In this document: positions 22,901 to 37,900 of the stretch, piece after piece
Numbering within the stretch: the first letter of the stretch is position 1
Layout: each line of letters opens with the position of its first letter
Origin: Paragordius varius
Lineage: Eukaryota > Animalia > Nematomorpha
Assembly (NCBI GenBank): GCA_964247055.1
Contig: OZ176054.1
Location: forward strand, 8,184,001 to 8,248,000
Length of the DNA: 64,000 nt
Direction: 5' to 3'
Translations under genes and position numbers: made by a program
The notes under the pieces: generated by a model
Databases searched by the model: none
What the model was told of the DNA's origin: nothing
The model's input: only the letters and a program-made list of their open reading frames with translations

Positions 22901-25900
22901 CAAGTTTGTCTTTAAAATATGATTTTCACAATGGATTACATTGGTTTTTCAATGTTATATCTAAATTCCAAATATATTTATCTATAATTATTATAAAATA
23001 TACCATCATATCAGGGTAAAGCAACAGTCAATATCATCTACAATTCAAAAATCCAGGTAAAAAAATCCATATGGTTATATTTATAATCACCAGACATGAT
23101 TATATTACAGTTGATATTAAAAAAATTTAATTTTATTTTAGTAAAATAAAAAATTTCAAAAATTTTTAACTTAGTTAAAACCTAATTTTTATTATATATA
23201 AGTAATATTTATATTAACATATAAAGTTAAACTTAAATTTTGGCGCATATTATATTGATTTTCATCAAGTATTTTTTATGTTACTAATATAAAGGGCTAA
23301 ATTTAGTTGGATTTAATAAATTGACGTTTATTTTAAATCTATCCATTCATATTGAGCCAAAATTTGCAAATAATAATTATTTAATATTATTTATATTATA
23401 TATAAGTTTTATAATTTTTGATCAAGTATTATGCAAATAAATTGATTTTTTCCGAATATATCCATATATGGTAAAAGTGAAAAAAAAATTTTCTACATTG
23501 ACAATTTTTTTTATCCTTATATTTTTAGGATGTCTATGTCACAACGGTCATATTAAGCTTAATATAATATCCTGAGAAAATAAATACCCCCAATTTTGCA
23601 CACTGTGTTATAGGAATAAAATGTAAAGTCTATTCTTTTTAAAAAATTAACCAGAAAATTTTAGATCTAAACTAAAATTGTTTCATTTTTGGCATTTATA
23701 ACGTTTTAAAAAGCGTACTTTTCATATACCATTAACCAAATTATATGTTTTTTTTATAAAATAATTTTTATCTGGCAATTATCTCATCACATTTTATGAA
23801 ATTGTAAGATTATTGTTTTAAGTTGGAAAAAAATTTGAAATGTTTTAATTATTGCATTTATTTTTTAAAAAATATTTGAGAGCAGATTAGTAAATTTATT
23901 TATAGTTTTTGTACAGAGTTGAATATTTGAATCTTCTTAGTTAATTAAATATATTATTTGATTAGGAACTACTTAATAATTTTGCATTCAAATACGTACA
24001 ATGCATAATGCCTTATTATTATTATTATACCTAACCTTTTTTTTCAAAAAAAATTGTTGTATAATTAAAGAAGAATTTTAAACAGTAGTTATAGTTTACT
24101 AACCTATTTTACTTTATATATTATATTTAATATTCATATACAATAATTATTTTTAATAATACATATGAATAATGTTAAATACAATAGTTAGGAATTTATT
24201 TAATAGTCTGTCTAATGCATTTTTTGACAAAAAAACTTTTTCAAATGGTATGTTATCAGTTAAACAAATAGTAATAAATAATATGTCATTGTTTTCCGTT
24301 TTACAGTGCTACATAAAAATTAATGCTTTTTTTATTTTGTAAAAAAACTAAATTCTAAATATTTATAAAATTTGCATATAAATATATTTCGATGTACAAT
24401 TTTGTTTTTAAATTCTATATGTGTTGTAATGAAATATTGTTTTAATCCAGGGGTGTCAAACATATATGGCTTCCCAGGCCGCAGTTTACGATAAAAAATC
24501 GACACATTTGCAAAAATATGGGAAATACATATGAGTCTGTAATATTTATAATTTATTTTAACAATATTTGCTAGGTTATTGTTAAAATTTAGACAGATTT
24601 ATTTACAAAATTTGTTTGACAAAATCTATTTTAAAAAATTTTGTACCCGAAATTTCTCACGGGCCTCAAAAGTATTTTGGAGGGCCGCGTGTTGGACACC
24701 CCTGTTACCAACAGCAAAGCGTATAATATTCGTGTCCTTAGTAAAACTACGAATTTAACGTAATTAGGCTTAATTTTGATTATAATTGGACATTTCGGTT
24801 TTGTTAATTGACATAAAAGGGAAATAAATTTACCTGTTTTTTTGCCTCGTATAAGATTATTCGTTTTTATAAGTTATAATTATTAAATTGTGGAGAAAAA
24901 TACAGTATTAAAAGTCTCATACACGGCAATAGACATATAAGTTCCACTTTTAGCCATTTCGAAACCGAAATGGCCATTAATATCTCTCATTAGTATATGT
25001 GGATAATTAAACACTTTTTTTATTCACAAAAAAATTATTTAACAGTTTTTTTGTTAAAAACTTTAATTATCGCGTTTTTTAACGATCTCAGTTTTTAACT
25101 TCTTTTATAACTTAACAATTTTATAATTTAATGGTTTTGTGAATAAATTTTTTAATGTTGAATCATTGGCTCGTAAGTTGTACGTACTTTAATCAAAACT
25201 ATAAAAAAAAATAATTAAATTATTTCACACCTTTTGCTTTTGGTTTTCTCCATACATTTTGATAGCTTTGGTGAATTTTATTTCATTATTCCATTATTTT
25301 TTTGATTAAAGTTTTTTTATAAAATGGTCTAAGCCGCATTTTCAAACCGATTCTTACTGTTCACGTGCTTTTATTATTTATAAAACAACTAGATTAATTT
25401 TATTGGCCTAATCTAAAAATGTTTATGTTACAGTCATGTATTTGTTTTACAAAAAATTACTTTTTTCCGTTTAATGGGTATAAATATTTGGTAAAGAATG
25501 GAAAAACAAGAGCTCTATGGTATTAAAATATATCATATTCATCAAAAAAGTAAAAGGAGTGTGGGGAAAGGCGTCGGAAATCTTTGGTAAAAAATAAAAA
25601 TAAACTAACAACTAACCCTTCACTTATAATTATTGTATAAAAGGGTTGGAAAATCGTACAATTATAATTTTTTTGTTTTGATATGGGAACGATTTTAAAA
25701 GGGATATTCACGATAGATGCTATATTAAATAATCAATTTGATCCGATTTCGTTAGGAAGTAACCCTGGTATTGCGGGTATTTATATCCTTTATAATTTTA
25801 GATTCAGAATATGTTGACGCTGGTATAAGACAGACACAAAATTGTATTAAGGCTGGCAACGATGGTTTTTTTTCATTTAGACTTTAGGTGTTTATGAAAT

Positions 25901-28900
25901 CGACGGGAATGAATTGATAGTAGAGACTTGTCCTGGTGTCCTTGATAGTTTTTTCCCTTTATAATGTTAGATTCAGATTATGTTGACGAAAATATAAGAC
26001 CCACACAAAATATTGTGCCTGGCAACGATGGTTTTTTTCATTTAGACTTTAGGTGTTCATGAAATCGACGGGAATGAAAATATGAAAAATTCATTAAACG
26101 GTAGAGGAAAAAGAAAAAGTACCGTTTTTGTTAATTTTAGAATATCATTTTTGGTCAGATGAAAAAAAGGCTAAGGCGTACAAAATTTTCGGGAATCCCA
26201 GAAATCATGAATTATCGTCTCGTCATTTTGTAGATGATTTACACATGTCTATAAGTTCCATAAATGCTATGAGACGAAGCATGACTCTGGGAATAGAGAA
26301 AGAGCCATTAAAAAAGGGTAGGAAAACGAAATGCAATGAAGGTATAGTCAGGCAGGTCAAAACAATCCTCGATAGTGATTGTGGATTGACTGTCGATGAG
26401 ATTCTCAATAAAATACCTGCAGAATGCAAAATATCCAAAAAAACCTTATATAAAATATTTAAAATAATAAACTACACGCGCAAAAGGTTTAAAATAAAGC
26501 ATTTTAGGATGAAACGCATTCAGTTTGATAATATTATTTTATGAACGCTATATAATCAATATTCATTTTTTATGTCTTCCCTTAAATATATACACAGAGT
26601 TGATTACATCCTTATATTTTGTCCGTTATCATGTTTGTTTTAATTATTGTCATATCCTATTAAATAAATTTTAATAAATATTTTTTTACCTATATATAAA
26701 AATTAATATTTACCTGGTTAATTTGTTTAAAATAAAAATTTTATCGAAAAAATTAATATAAAATTTGGCTAAATTAACAAAAATATAACCATTCCCCTTT
26801 AACAATATTTTAAGATTTTCATTATTTGACCAAAGATTTCCGACGCCCTTCCCCCACACTTCCTTTAATTTTTTGATGAATATGATATGGTTAATACCAT
26901 AGAGCTCTTGTTTTCCATTATTTACCAAATATTTTTAACCATAGTAAATTTTTCATATAATAAAGTATAATACATGACTGTAATTTATATAAATTAAGTT
27001 TTAAACATAAAATACATGAGTTTTTTACTGATCACTTGTTAAACCAAAATCTTATATCGGCACCAACTGTAACATTTTTTTGTGTTTTTTTTCCGCTTTT
27101 TAGTATGGCGAATTTTTTGGGGTGATGCGATTTTACTTCCAGGAGGAAGGGGAAAAGGTTGCAACCAAATGTATTCGAGTCACAAGTACGGCCACAACTT
27201 TACACGTTATCAATACGTTGATTGAAAAATTTAGGCCTGACATGAGATTATTGAGTCGCCCGGCTTATGCACTGTACGAAGTCCATATCAATGGAGGTAG
27301 TTTTTAGTTTTAGTTTTTAAAAAACTACTTTTTGAAAACAAATTTTAAGGTTTTTTTTTCGCTCAAAGAGTTACACTCTCCCCAAAATATCTAAACAGTA
27401 AAAAGCCGTATCATGGCTTACAAAGGTCTTTTATATTAGTATAAATGAGTGTTAGCTAGTATAGGCAATTTTTTGGTTTTTTCCCCATTCAGAAGATTTT
27501 TGGAATCAATAATATTACTCTTGTTTTTAATTTTAGTATTTAAATATATGAATATAAATATAGCCATAAAATAGCCTTTTTAAAAAAGTAAGTCCATTTC
27601 AAAGATACCCCTAATATGTACAACGGAGCAATTATATTTATTTAAATAAAATGCGGTAAAACCAAATTATGGAATGTTTTTAATATTTTAAATATCCAAT
27701 TATACTTTATTTTTTTATTGTAACAAAGGAGGTTGGTTGCCTAAATTTTTTTCGCCTTCTGAACATAGAGAAAGGCTTATAACTTTTGATTTTGCACAAA
27801 TATTCGAAAATAAATATTATAAAACAATTTGTAAAATTAATTGGTAGTATTAATAAAATATTCATATAATTTTGATATAGATGAACGGAAACTGGACGAC
27901 GATGAAAAACCTCTTTTGGTTCAACTGCATTGGAATAATGATGATAGAGAGGGTCGATTTTTGTTAAAAAGTGAAACGGATAGACATAAGGTACCTTATA
28001 TATGATTATTGGGAATATTTAAAAAGAATTAATTAGGGACTATATCAAAATCTTTAATGTTTGTTATAGTAAAGTGATAATTACATTTGAATGATTGGGT
28101 AAAAATTCTATTTGTATAATACATGTGAGATAACACCGTTGCGGACTAATCTTAATTCATAAAAATATCTAGTTTTTGTTTAGACATTATCGTTCTTTTT
28201 TTTAAAGCATTAAAATAAATTTTGGCTACTATAAAAACTGATATAAAAGGCGAACAATAAAATAGCTCATAAAGCGTCTAAATTATAATCGCATTTGATA
28301 TCCCGTTGGGACCTTAAAAGTTTTTTATATAAAAATATAAATTTATCGCAAAAATAGTCAAACAATGGTTTATACTATCGTGGTCCTGACATCAAAACCT
28401 CAACCATCTCAATAGATCCTAATTATGGCAATAATATGAATTATACGGTTGGAGGACAGTATGTTGGTTTTGAAGGCAACACATATAATCGCGAAAACTA
28501 TTCTACGAGAACCGCTTATGAAGTAACTAATAATAATGGGCCCTTCTCTCCAAAAGCTAACCACAACAATATGAATTTGAATATGATGACTAATGGTTTT
28601 GCAACTATCGGTGGTTATCACACTCAAACCCAAAATCAAAACCAAAATCATGATAGTGTATGTGGAAGTATTAATGAACATGAGGATAGTATATACAGTA
28701 CGAATAGTAGTAAATTTGGGGCCAAGGGTAACGCCAAACAAACCAAAGAGAAAAAGAATAAAAGTATTTTTTTTATTATGTCATTTGTGCCAAAGAAATT
28801 GAGAGTTTTGAGTTTTTGGAAACACTTTCGAATTCGTTTTATCTGTAGAATAAATTTTTTATTTATGATAACTCATTACATTACAGTATTAAAAGCTTCT

Positions 28901-31900
28901 TTTTATCGATATTTAAATTTGTTAGACAATCTAAATTATTTTGATTTAAAAAATAAGTTATAGATACAATCCTTTATATATCTTTTTTTTATAAAAATGT
29001 TTTGTTTAAAAATTATTTATTTTCTTAATTTAATTTTATTATTATTAGAAAAAAAGGACAAATCTACCATTAGTAGCAGTACGCTTTTTCGAAATTTCGG
29101 AACTTTATCCAACTATTATCACAAGGGGCTATCCACCACGAAATTGCGTAAAAATGATAATAACCATGTAAACCTCAATCACACACTCAATACCACTAAA
29201 ACTGGAGGTTATTTTTTTGCTAATGTTTGGGTATTAGGTTTTTTTTGTAGCGGTATAAATCTTAGAATATTTTACCCAATCTTGTTTTTAAAATAAAAAA
29301 TTTGGATAAAAATTAACCGTAAAATTTCCCTTTATGTTTATGTTTCGATAAAACATCAATGATATTTTAAAACTGAGTTTTTTATCCCGCAAATTTTGTT
29401 ATTATTTTCATGTTATAGTTTATAAATAAAAAAATGGATAAACATTTACCTATATCATCTATTTTGATCTTTTTTCGATAAAGCCTATTAAATGAAACAC
29501 TAAAATACTTTTTCAAATTTTAACCAATATATATATATATATATAGAAACTTCCTTACATTCAACAACTAATGGGCATGTAGGTACAACTCAGAATGGCG
29601 ATAAAATTGCCAATGAAAAAATTAGTGATAAATTGTATGAAGCTATGCCAGAAACGTCATTTACACGGAGTATATCTAACCCTGAGGCTGTTATGCGTAG
29701 ACGCCGAGCCCAAAAATTGGAGAAAAAGCTACGAATGATTCAAGCAAATGCATCAGGCAATGATATTAACAATAATAAGAATGAAATGCAAACATCCTCG
29801 TCTCAAAAAATGAGGACACCCGATATCCAAACAACTTCATATATGGGCCAAGGACAGAGTCTTAACTCTAACATGATTCCCTTGAATAAAATGCAGTTGG
29901 AGAAAGAAAAGGCGTCTGTTGTTGAATCTGATAAAGGTCGTGAATATTATAATGTTTTTTTTACTGATTTTACTTGATAATAATTTCCATACGAATACAG
30001 TAATGTATAACTACAGTGGACCCGCCTGATAATGATCACTTGTGTAAAAAATACCAGGCTTGATCAGCATAATTTCCTTTTTTTAACATTAAAAGCGCTT
30101 TTTATAGTTAATATTTGTTTTATTTAATAATATTTAATAATGGTTTATCAGTCGCTCATTAAATGTTTATAAGTGATTTAATTTACTAAAAAGCTGATGA
30201 AAGCTAGCCATATTATTCCCCAATTGTATCTTTCATAATTTTTAGCTAAGTAAAATAAAATTATTACCCATTTGACAGGAGGTATGATTAAAATATATGG
30301 AGAAGCTCTTAAACCAGGCGTCCCTTACAAAACACTCCTGCTTACAAACACTGATACTGCGGCTTTTGTTATACGCGAAGTATTGGACAAGTATGGTATG
30401 TCCGATCATGACCTGAATGATTTTTGCCTATATAAGGTATATTACATTGCTGTAAAAAAACTTTTTTATGTTTTTTCTTAAAAAATCGATTTTTTACATA
30501 GTGAACCATACCTATAGCTCTATTTTTTATTCTAAAATACACAATAGGCTGTACAGGTGCGTGGTAAAGGACTTCACTTGAACGTTTCTGGCGAAGAGGA
30601 TATTTATGAGAGTGCTTTACTTAACATATCTGATTTTGAGCCATGTTATTTTCTCCAAGCACATGATATCCCCCTAATGATTATGAGGCAAGCCACCCAT
30701 AGCTTAATTAAAACTGGAATGAATTCTTCCACAGGTAATATATAATATCATTAAAAATTTATATTAGATACCTGATTGATAAAACTTATTTGTGATTACA
30801 ATAGGCTCTCAACCTAAAGAAATTATGTGTATTGGACCAAAACCGGCACATTATGAAAGTATAATGCGTGCGCAACAAAATGCACACAAAGAAATTCAAA
30901 GTACAACCAACACTACCATAATGACAGCAAATGCCGAAAATTTAGCATTTACGCAGAAAATTGCTCTACCTACCACAGTGTATTCTATACCTCACAAATC
31001 CAGTAATGCTAAAATGGAATCATCGCCTCAAAAATCATTTCACAGTGAAAATTGCCAAACAGGAATATCAATCTATAATAATAATGTTCACAATGCCGCC
31101 GCAACTATACCCTTGAATGATAGCATTTCAATCCTATATAATCGTAACATTGATCCAATAAACTCATCACTATCGGAACATAAAATCTCACCTCTTAAAA
31201 ATAAATATGGTGTGGTGAATGAAAATAGTATGTTTTTGTTTGTTATAAATTTAAAGTAAAATCAATATGGGAAAGTATATATATATTAAAAGCGTATGCC
31301 CATAAATTTTTACTCTTTGTTAGAATTATACAGCATTTTTCTTAAAAAATTTCACAATTGGTTTTTACTTTAGATTATCCAAATCATGTTGTGGAACAAT
31401 ACAACACATGCCCCATATTAGTTCCTTCGTCTCACAAAGATACACAAAATTGTGTCGCAAATGATGTCCGTAATTCTGTCTTTTCTCTTACCTCACCAGT
31501 TATTCAGGTTGGTTCAGCCGTTGTAATTGATCATAATAATATAAATAGCAGTTCTGCGCTCAAAATAACCGGACCTGGTATCCAACCATTACATTGCATT
31601 CTAAGTTCCACGCACTTGAATGATAGCAACAAAAAAGAGACTCAATATATGCTAACACCTTGCGGACCACATGCCAAAACCTTTATTAATGATGAAAGTG
31701 TACAGGGGAGTCAAATATTGACAAATTGTTCACGTATACGATTTGGAATGGATAAAAATATGGCTACCTATACGTACTATGATATTGGGAAATATAATTT
31801 TAATACCCCGTCAAACACTCCTAATAATACAAAATTACAGTCGTCAAATCAAGTTATGAGCCCCGAAAAAAATACAGTGGAACTAAACGTAATATTTGCA

Positions 31901-34900
31901 TTTTTTTATTAATTTTATAAACTAAATATTCACTTCTTTCTCTATTGTTTAATCAATTCTCTATAATTTCACAAATTTGTTTTAGATGCCTATGAATGAA
32001 TTGTTACATTACATTTTTAAGTATGACGCCTTGCCCCTCAATATTACGATAAATTTAAAAAGTAATTTAAATACTATTTTTTTCATAACAATCGTACCTA
32101 AAAACCCCTACCTATTAATTTAACAGCGCTTGAAATTCTACCATCAATATTTGCGCTAAATGAGAGTCAAACATCTTTTATATCACAAGCTTGGGTTTCA
32201 GAATTTAAACTATCCCCTGCCTACTTGTGTTACCTTATTCTTCGTTATTTTGTCAATAAAATTGGTTTCTTGCGGAAACAAAATACGGACTTTTCTTTTC
32301 AACAAACAAGTTAATAAATTTATTTAATTAATTGTATCATATAAAAATTGGCAATATTTAAATAGGATCATTTTTTAGATTTATATCTATTTTATCCAGA
32401 TGATATACAACAAACGATTGGTGGAATGGAATATTTCTGTTCAAATTTGGGTAGAACATTGGCATCGAATATAGAGGTATGTTTGATTTTATTAGAAAAT
32501 ATATCAAAAAAAGTTTGATAATATGAAATAATTTATATCATTCAACAATTTAGAACAATAAAACGAATCCCATTACACTTACATTTTGGCTTGCGAATAT
32601 GAGTGAAATTTTGTATGCCATGGAAAAGGATGTTGATTTTCTTGAATTTTCAAAAAATAACCATACAATAATTCATAATACAGGAAATGTTACGGAAAAC
32701 CGTAATTGTTTACATTTTCTGGGCCAAACCCTTAAATCTTTGATCCAATTCACGTATGAATTGTTATGTAAACGGCTTTGTTATGATATAGCGACACTTT
32801 TGCCTTATTTGTTACAAGCACCGTCCACTATAAATCCCCCAGAATCTGATATTGTCGCATCTTGTAGTAAGATTTATTCTTAATATTACTATTCATATAT
32901 AAAAAAACTCTTTTTGTTATTTTTTAGTTTTTAAATACTGCGTTTTCACATAGATATTATCTTAAGGAACTATATTAGTTTAAAGAATTTTTATTTGGCG
33001 CTCAGAGAAAATATTTGATAGTATTGAATCAAGTATTAAATATGTAAAACTTGGCCAAAAAGAATCCATTCTTGTGATTGCAATAATATAGTTCTTTACA
33101 CTATATATATAATCATGTTGATTTAAACATTATATAGTGAAATTATTACAGTGTTATACATTGCTAGTTTTTTTAATAAGCCAATAATATAGCTCTTTGC
33201 TATATATGCTATCCGAAATAATCAATGAAATACTAGCAAATACTTACTCATATTCTGTAATGATAAGATTAGAGTTAATATGATTTTCAAAAACTCCATG
33301 ATATTTCAATAATACAATTTCTTTTTGCCCTACAACAAATTTTAGCACCATTGGTAAAAACACTTACCTCTCTCATGAACATGCTTAAGCAACATCGTTT
33401 AAATGGTTCCATCATTATCCAAATCTTTACACGGTTATTTAAGTATGCCGAGGCATGGATTTTAGCTGCAATCTTTAATCAATCACCCCACATCCCTAAT
33501 GCCAACCATTTTGTTATGGCCCCTGGGACAGCTGTGCTAAAACATTATTATGGGCAAGATGATAGTAAATTATTTTGACTTTTTTTACGATTTTAACACT
33601 TTAAAAGTAGTTGATTTTTAAAAGTACAAACATTTCATACATTTGGCATTTTGATTTTCAGATATGCCGCTATTTTAACACCTAACTGTGTTTGTTTTTG
33701 AAAAGCGTTTTATTTTAAAAGACGTCCGGACATGTGAAGGCTTTAGTAGATATCACTTTCCTTCCATATATTTCCAATATTTTATTTTGAACCGGCTTCG
33801 CGGCTAGTCAGTTTTGTCCCAATTTTTATTTACATAAAAAATCTCCAAACTTTTTGTATGCATAAAAAACATAAACATTATGTATTAATCAATAAACAAA
33901 TAAATTTATTGTTTTATAAAGTGTTAAAATAATTTTATTCCTTTAATATTATTTGATAGACTCAATGAATACTACTTATCCAAGTTCTAAAGATTGGACC
34001 CACATTCTAAGTGTCCGTGCACATTCTCTCAAGCAATGGGCAGACTCCAACGGGCTGGAATTGGCACTTGAAATTTGTTTTTCCCGTTTTATGCAGGTAT
34101 ATGAAAAATTAGAATATTTTTACAAAATATCCCAATATAATCTAACCATATTAGTAGTGAATAAAGTATCATAAATATTTTCTCATTTATATGCTACAGA
34201 AAATAATTCATTATAAACTAAGCCATTGTGTTGTAAAAATAATTTATTTTGGCGATTTTTTTTGTTTTATAATAATAACTAACACAATAATTGCTTAGTT
34301 ATCTAGATAATTTGACGCACTTTTTTATAGAGTCTCCAACTCCTTACAAAATATGTCCATATTATTATTAATTTATTTTATGACTAAATTTTTACCCTAT
34401 ATTTAGGTGATAAAACTTTTGCAGTTGCCAAAAAACACTATTAATGACTGTGTCCACATTTCAAACATGTGTCCAAAATTAAATTCTTTACAAATTTATA
34501 CCATACTTACACAGTATCGATATGCCCCTTATGAAACTACAATACCGAATGTAAAATTTTTAACTTTTTTTTGCCCTATTTATCATTATTTTTACACATG
34601 AATGTTTAAGAATTTATTTTTTTCTTTATTATTATATTTAACCTTAATAAAACTATATTTACATAATATATTAATTTTAAGCCAATTTAATCGCATCAAA
34701 ATTTGTTTCAGGATTTGATAGAAAAGGCCGTTAATATAGCCCATGCTACGACGGATCAAATGATTAAAGCTGATTTGCTTCATCGTTTAAAACTGTGTTT
34801 GGAAAACCCAAATATCTCTCTAGAACAAAAACAGGGGATAGAACATCAAATTTCAAAAGTTTTACAAGATTTTCAAGTGTCTCTAACTGTGCATGATTCA

Positions 34901-37900
34901 TATCTTGAACATAAAGGTTAATTTTATCTAAATAATTGATGTGCAGTAAAAATAAAAATCTAATATTTTTTTAAAAAATTGTTTTGTATATGACCTATCA
35001 TTTTAGGTTAAATGGAGATGTAAAATGATAGTACCTTAATTATATATTACACAATTGTAAACATGGCTTTTTTAAAACAAGGATTATATAATATTGTTTA
35101 ATTTAATAAAATATATTAATCATTTACATTTTATGTTGTATATAATTTTAAGTTTACTGTAAATTCATTTCTTCTCATATATCTGTCTCTTATTAATGCC
35201 AATTACTTTAAATGAAAACATAGAAAATTATCCTTATTCCCAAGCCTTTTTTATTGCAAAACAAGATGAAGCATTAAGCATTCCAGATGACGGCTTTTCC
35301 TTTGATGTCATGACTGGCATTATACCTGAATTCGTTAGACAAATTAAATCATGCCTCTCAAGTATATATATACTTTTACAGTATTATCATCAGTAAAATT
35401 GTTTAAAAATTAAAATTTTTCAAATAAATCCATTGTAAAACTTTATTATTTATTAGATTATTTTGAATTGCATGAAAATAAAAACGGTCAGGGTTGGAAT
35501 GTTCATTTTCATTCAAGAGGTGCCAACATGTCAGATAATAAACCAAATAACTCTCCCTTTAAACCATCAACAACTCATTTTAATACAAAGTTTACTTCTC
35601 CGCAGACCCCTCAAATACCTGACAATTCTTCGCTAAAATCTCCCATTCAACAAACTAATGATACTAATTTTAGTTCAAGGAAAAATCAAGTACATTCATT
35701 TTCAAATTTTTGCAATAATTTATTGGGATTTTTATTCAAAACATTATTCATCTTATCACACTAACAATGAATATTATTTTTTCAATATAGCAACTATAGC
35801 CCAGCGACCGATTTTTTAATAACCTTCAGAGCATAATTTCTTTTTACTGCCAAATAATTTTATTCGTTTTTTCTATTTTTTGTAAACAATTTGGCAAATT
35901 AAGTCTGCAATAAAGTATTTGATCTGCCAATTGATCGATTCTCAATGCTTTTTTTCATTAACAAACAGAATTTCAATCTTGATATAATTTTGCTAGTTTT
36001 GCACATTTGTTGTTATACACAGAATTTTCACATAAAAAATTTTTTTATATTGAGTATTTTAGCATGTTTCTAATTTAATCGATATAATATTAAAATCTAT
36101 TTTATTTAGAAATTTAATATTACAAAACCCTGATAAAACGTTATATAATTTCGATTATGGAAACCTCCTTTTTTCCATAAAAAATAAGCATTTTAGGGGT
36201 TTGAATAATTTTGCGTTAATACAAGAAATATATTTAGGTATTTGATCCAAATAATTCAATCAATCATTCTCGATCGCCACCAAATAATGTTGTAATTAGC
36301 GGAGATCATACTACCTCTAATTTACAACAAAGTTGCATCAAATCTGTGACAATTACCAAAACTCAAAATGGATTGGGACTTAGTATTTTGGCCGCTAAGG
36401 TATTTACATTTACCTTGTTAACTTATGAATATTTTATAAAGTGGCTTTATATATTTTGTCATTGGAACTTATCTGAGTGATAAAAAGTGTAGTTGTTACG
36501 ATATTGAAAATAAAAAATTTGAGTAAGTGATGTCTAATTCGTCTTTTTACTTTTTATGCTTTAAGCAAAAAACATTCCAAAAATTTGTTTGTTCTATTTT
36601 ATACACATTGTAGATTCTGTCCTTTTTTGTGGTGAATATATTTTGATACTTTTACATACGGAGGTTAGCTAAAATCTATCCTCTGTCAAAAAAGGTATCA
36701 ATCATTTTTTACTATATGTGGGGGCCTCTTTGTAATTCCTTTACTCATGAAAAATTTGTGTTCGTTATTCATTAAAGTTTGCCATGATATTTCTTTGATG
36801 TCAGGTGTACCCATAAATATAGCAACATAAATTAGTTAATTTTGTGCCCATATCATTTTACCATATTAATATGGTTATATTTTGGCAACTTTTAATTATA
36901 AATAAAAATATGATAAATTATATATTGTTTTTGGATAGGATGTGTATATATAAGTTAATATTTATGTGAGACGCTATATTTTGCCAAAAGTATTAGACAT
37001 TTATTTTAGAAGACAAAAAACAACTATACCCAAAAAACCGGAAACAATTATAATTTTATATTAGTTTTGTGAAATATTCGCTCGCATTATGAAAGTTTAT
37101 TGAGAAAGATAATTTCGACCATATATACAGATTAAAACTTTAATTATATAGTAATATTGTGTCTCCATTTTTTGAGTTTACAAAAAAAATTACTACGTTT
37201 TTAAGGGTCTATATAATAATTTCTTAATCAAACTATTTTATAGCCCTATAATATGATTTATGATGCGACATGTTAGGTCTGTGGTTTAAAGGTAGTAGTT
37301 TAAACTCTCTATATCCAACAAAAAGTTAATTTATTACATAATAAATGATGTTTAATATTTTGACTAAAAAGTTTTGTTGACAATGTGAGCTAGACTTTGT
37401 AAATATTTTTGTCATTAAAGGAATGCCTTTTTTTATCATTCCATAAATTTTAATGAGAATGTTCATCTCTTCTAGTTTGCCAAACGTGTGTCCTCTTATG
37501 TGTGCTAATTATTTGGATGCCTTTGGCGACTAACTCAAATATATTTATATTTTTAAATACAATAATGGCTTTTTCATACACATACACATTTTTAAAAAAT
37601 TATATTTTATTTATACTATTAAAAAAGAAATTTTATCACATTACTCATACATATCTGCAATGTTTGATCAGATTTAATAGATTGACCCATAAAAATAGTA
37701 TTGTATTTTCTTCTGTTTTAAGTTTTCGGGAAAAATCCGTATATCTTTTGAACACATGCGTTTGTGTTTGTTGTAAAGATTACTAAAAATGAATCAAATT
37801 TATAAAATATAAATGCAATTTTTAATCTGTTTACGGCTGGCTAAAAAACGAATGTACTCTCCTCTTGTTTATATTTTCAAAAAAATTTAAATGTGTCTTA

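Noticed and set aside
30013-30070. TACAGTGGACCCGCCTGATAATGATC, resembling a pogo/Tigger left terminus
   Set aside because: No matching right terminus was found nearby, so it is too little to call an element.
35362-35381. Possible 20-nt GT-AG intron in afadin
   Set aside because: It is not needed: the ~95-nt intron ending at 35456 keeps the frame, whereas the tiny version does not.
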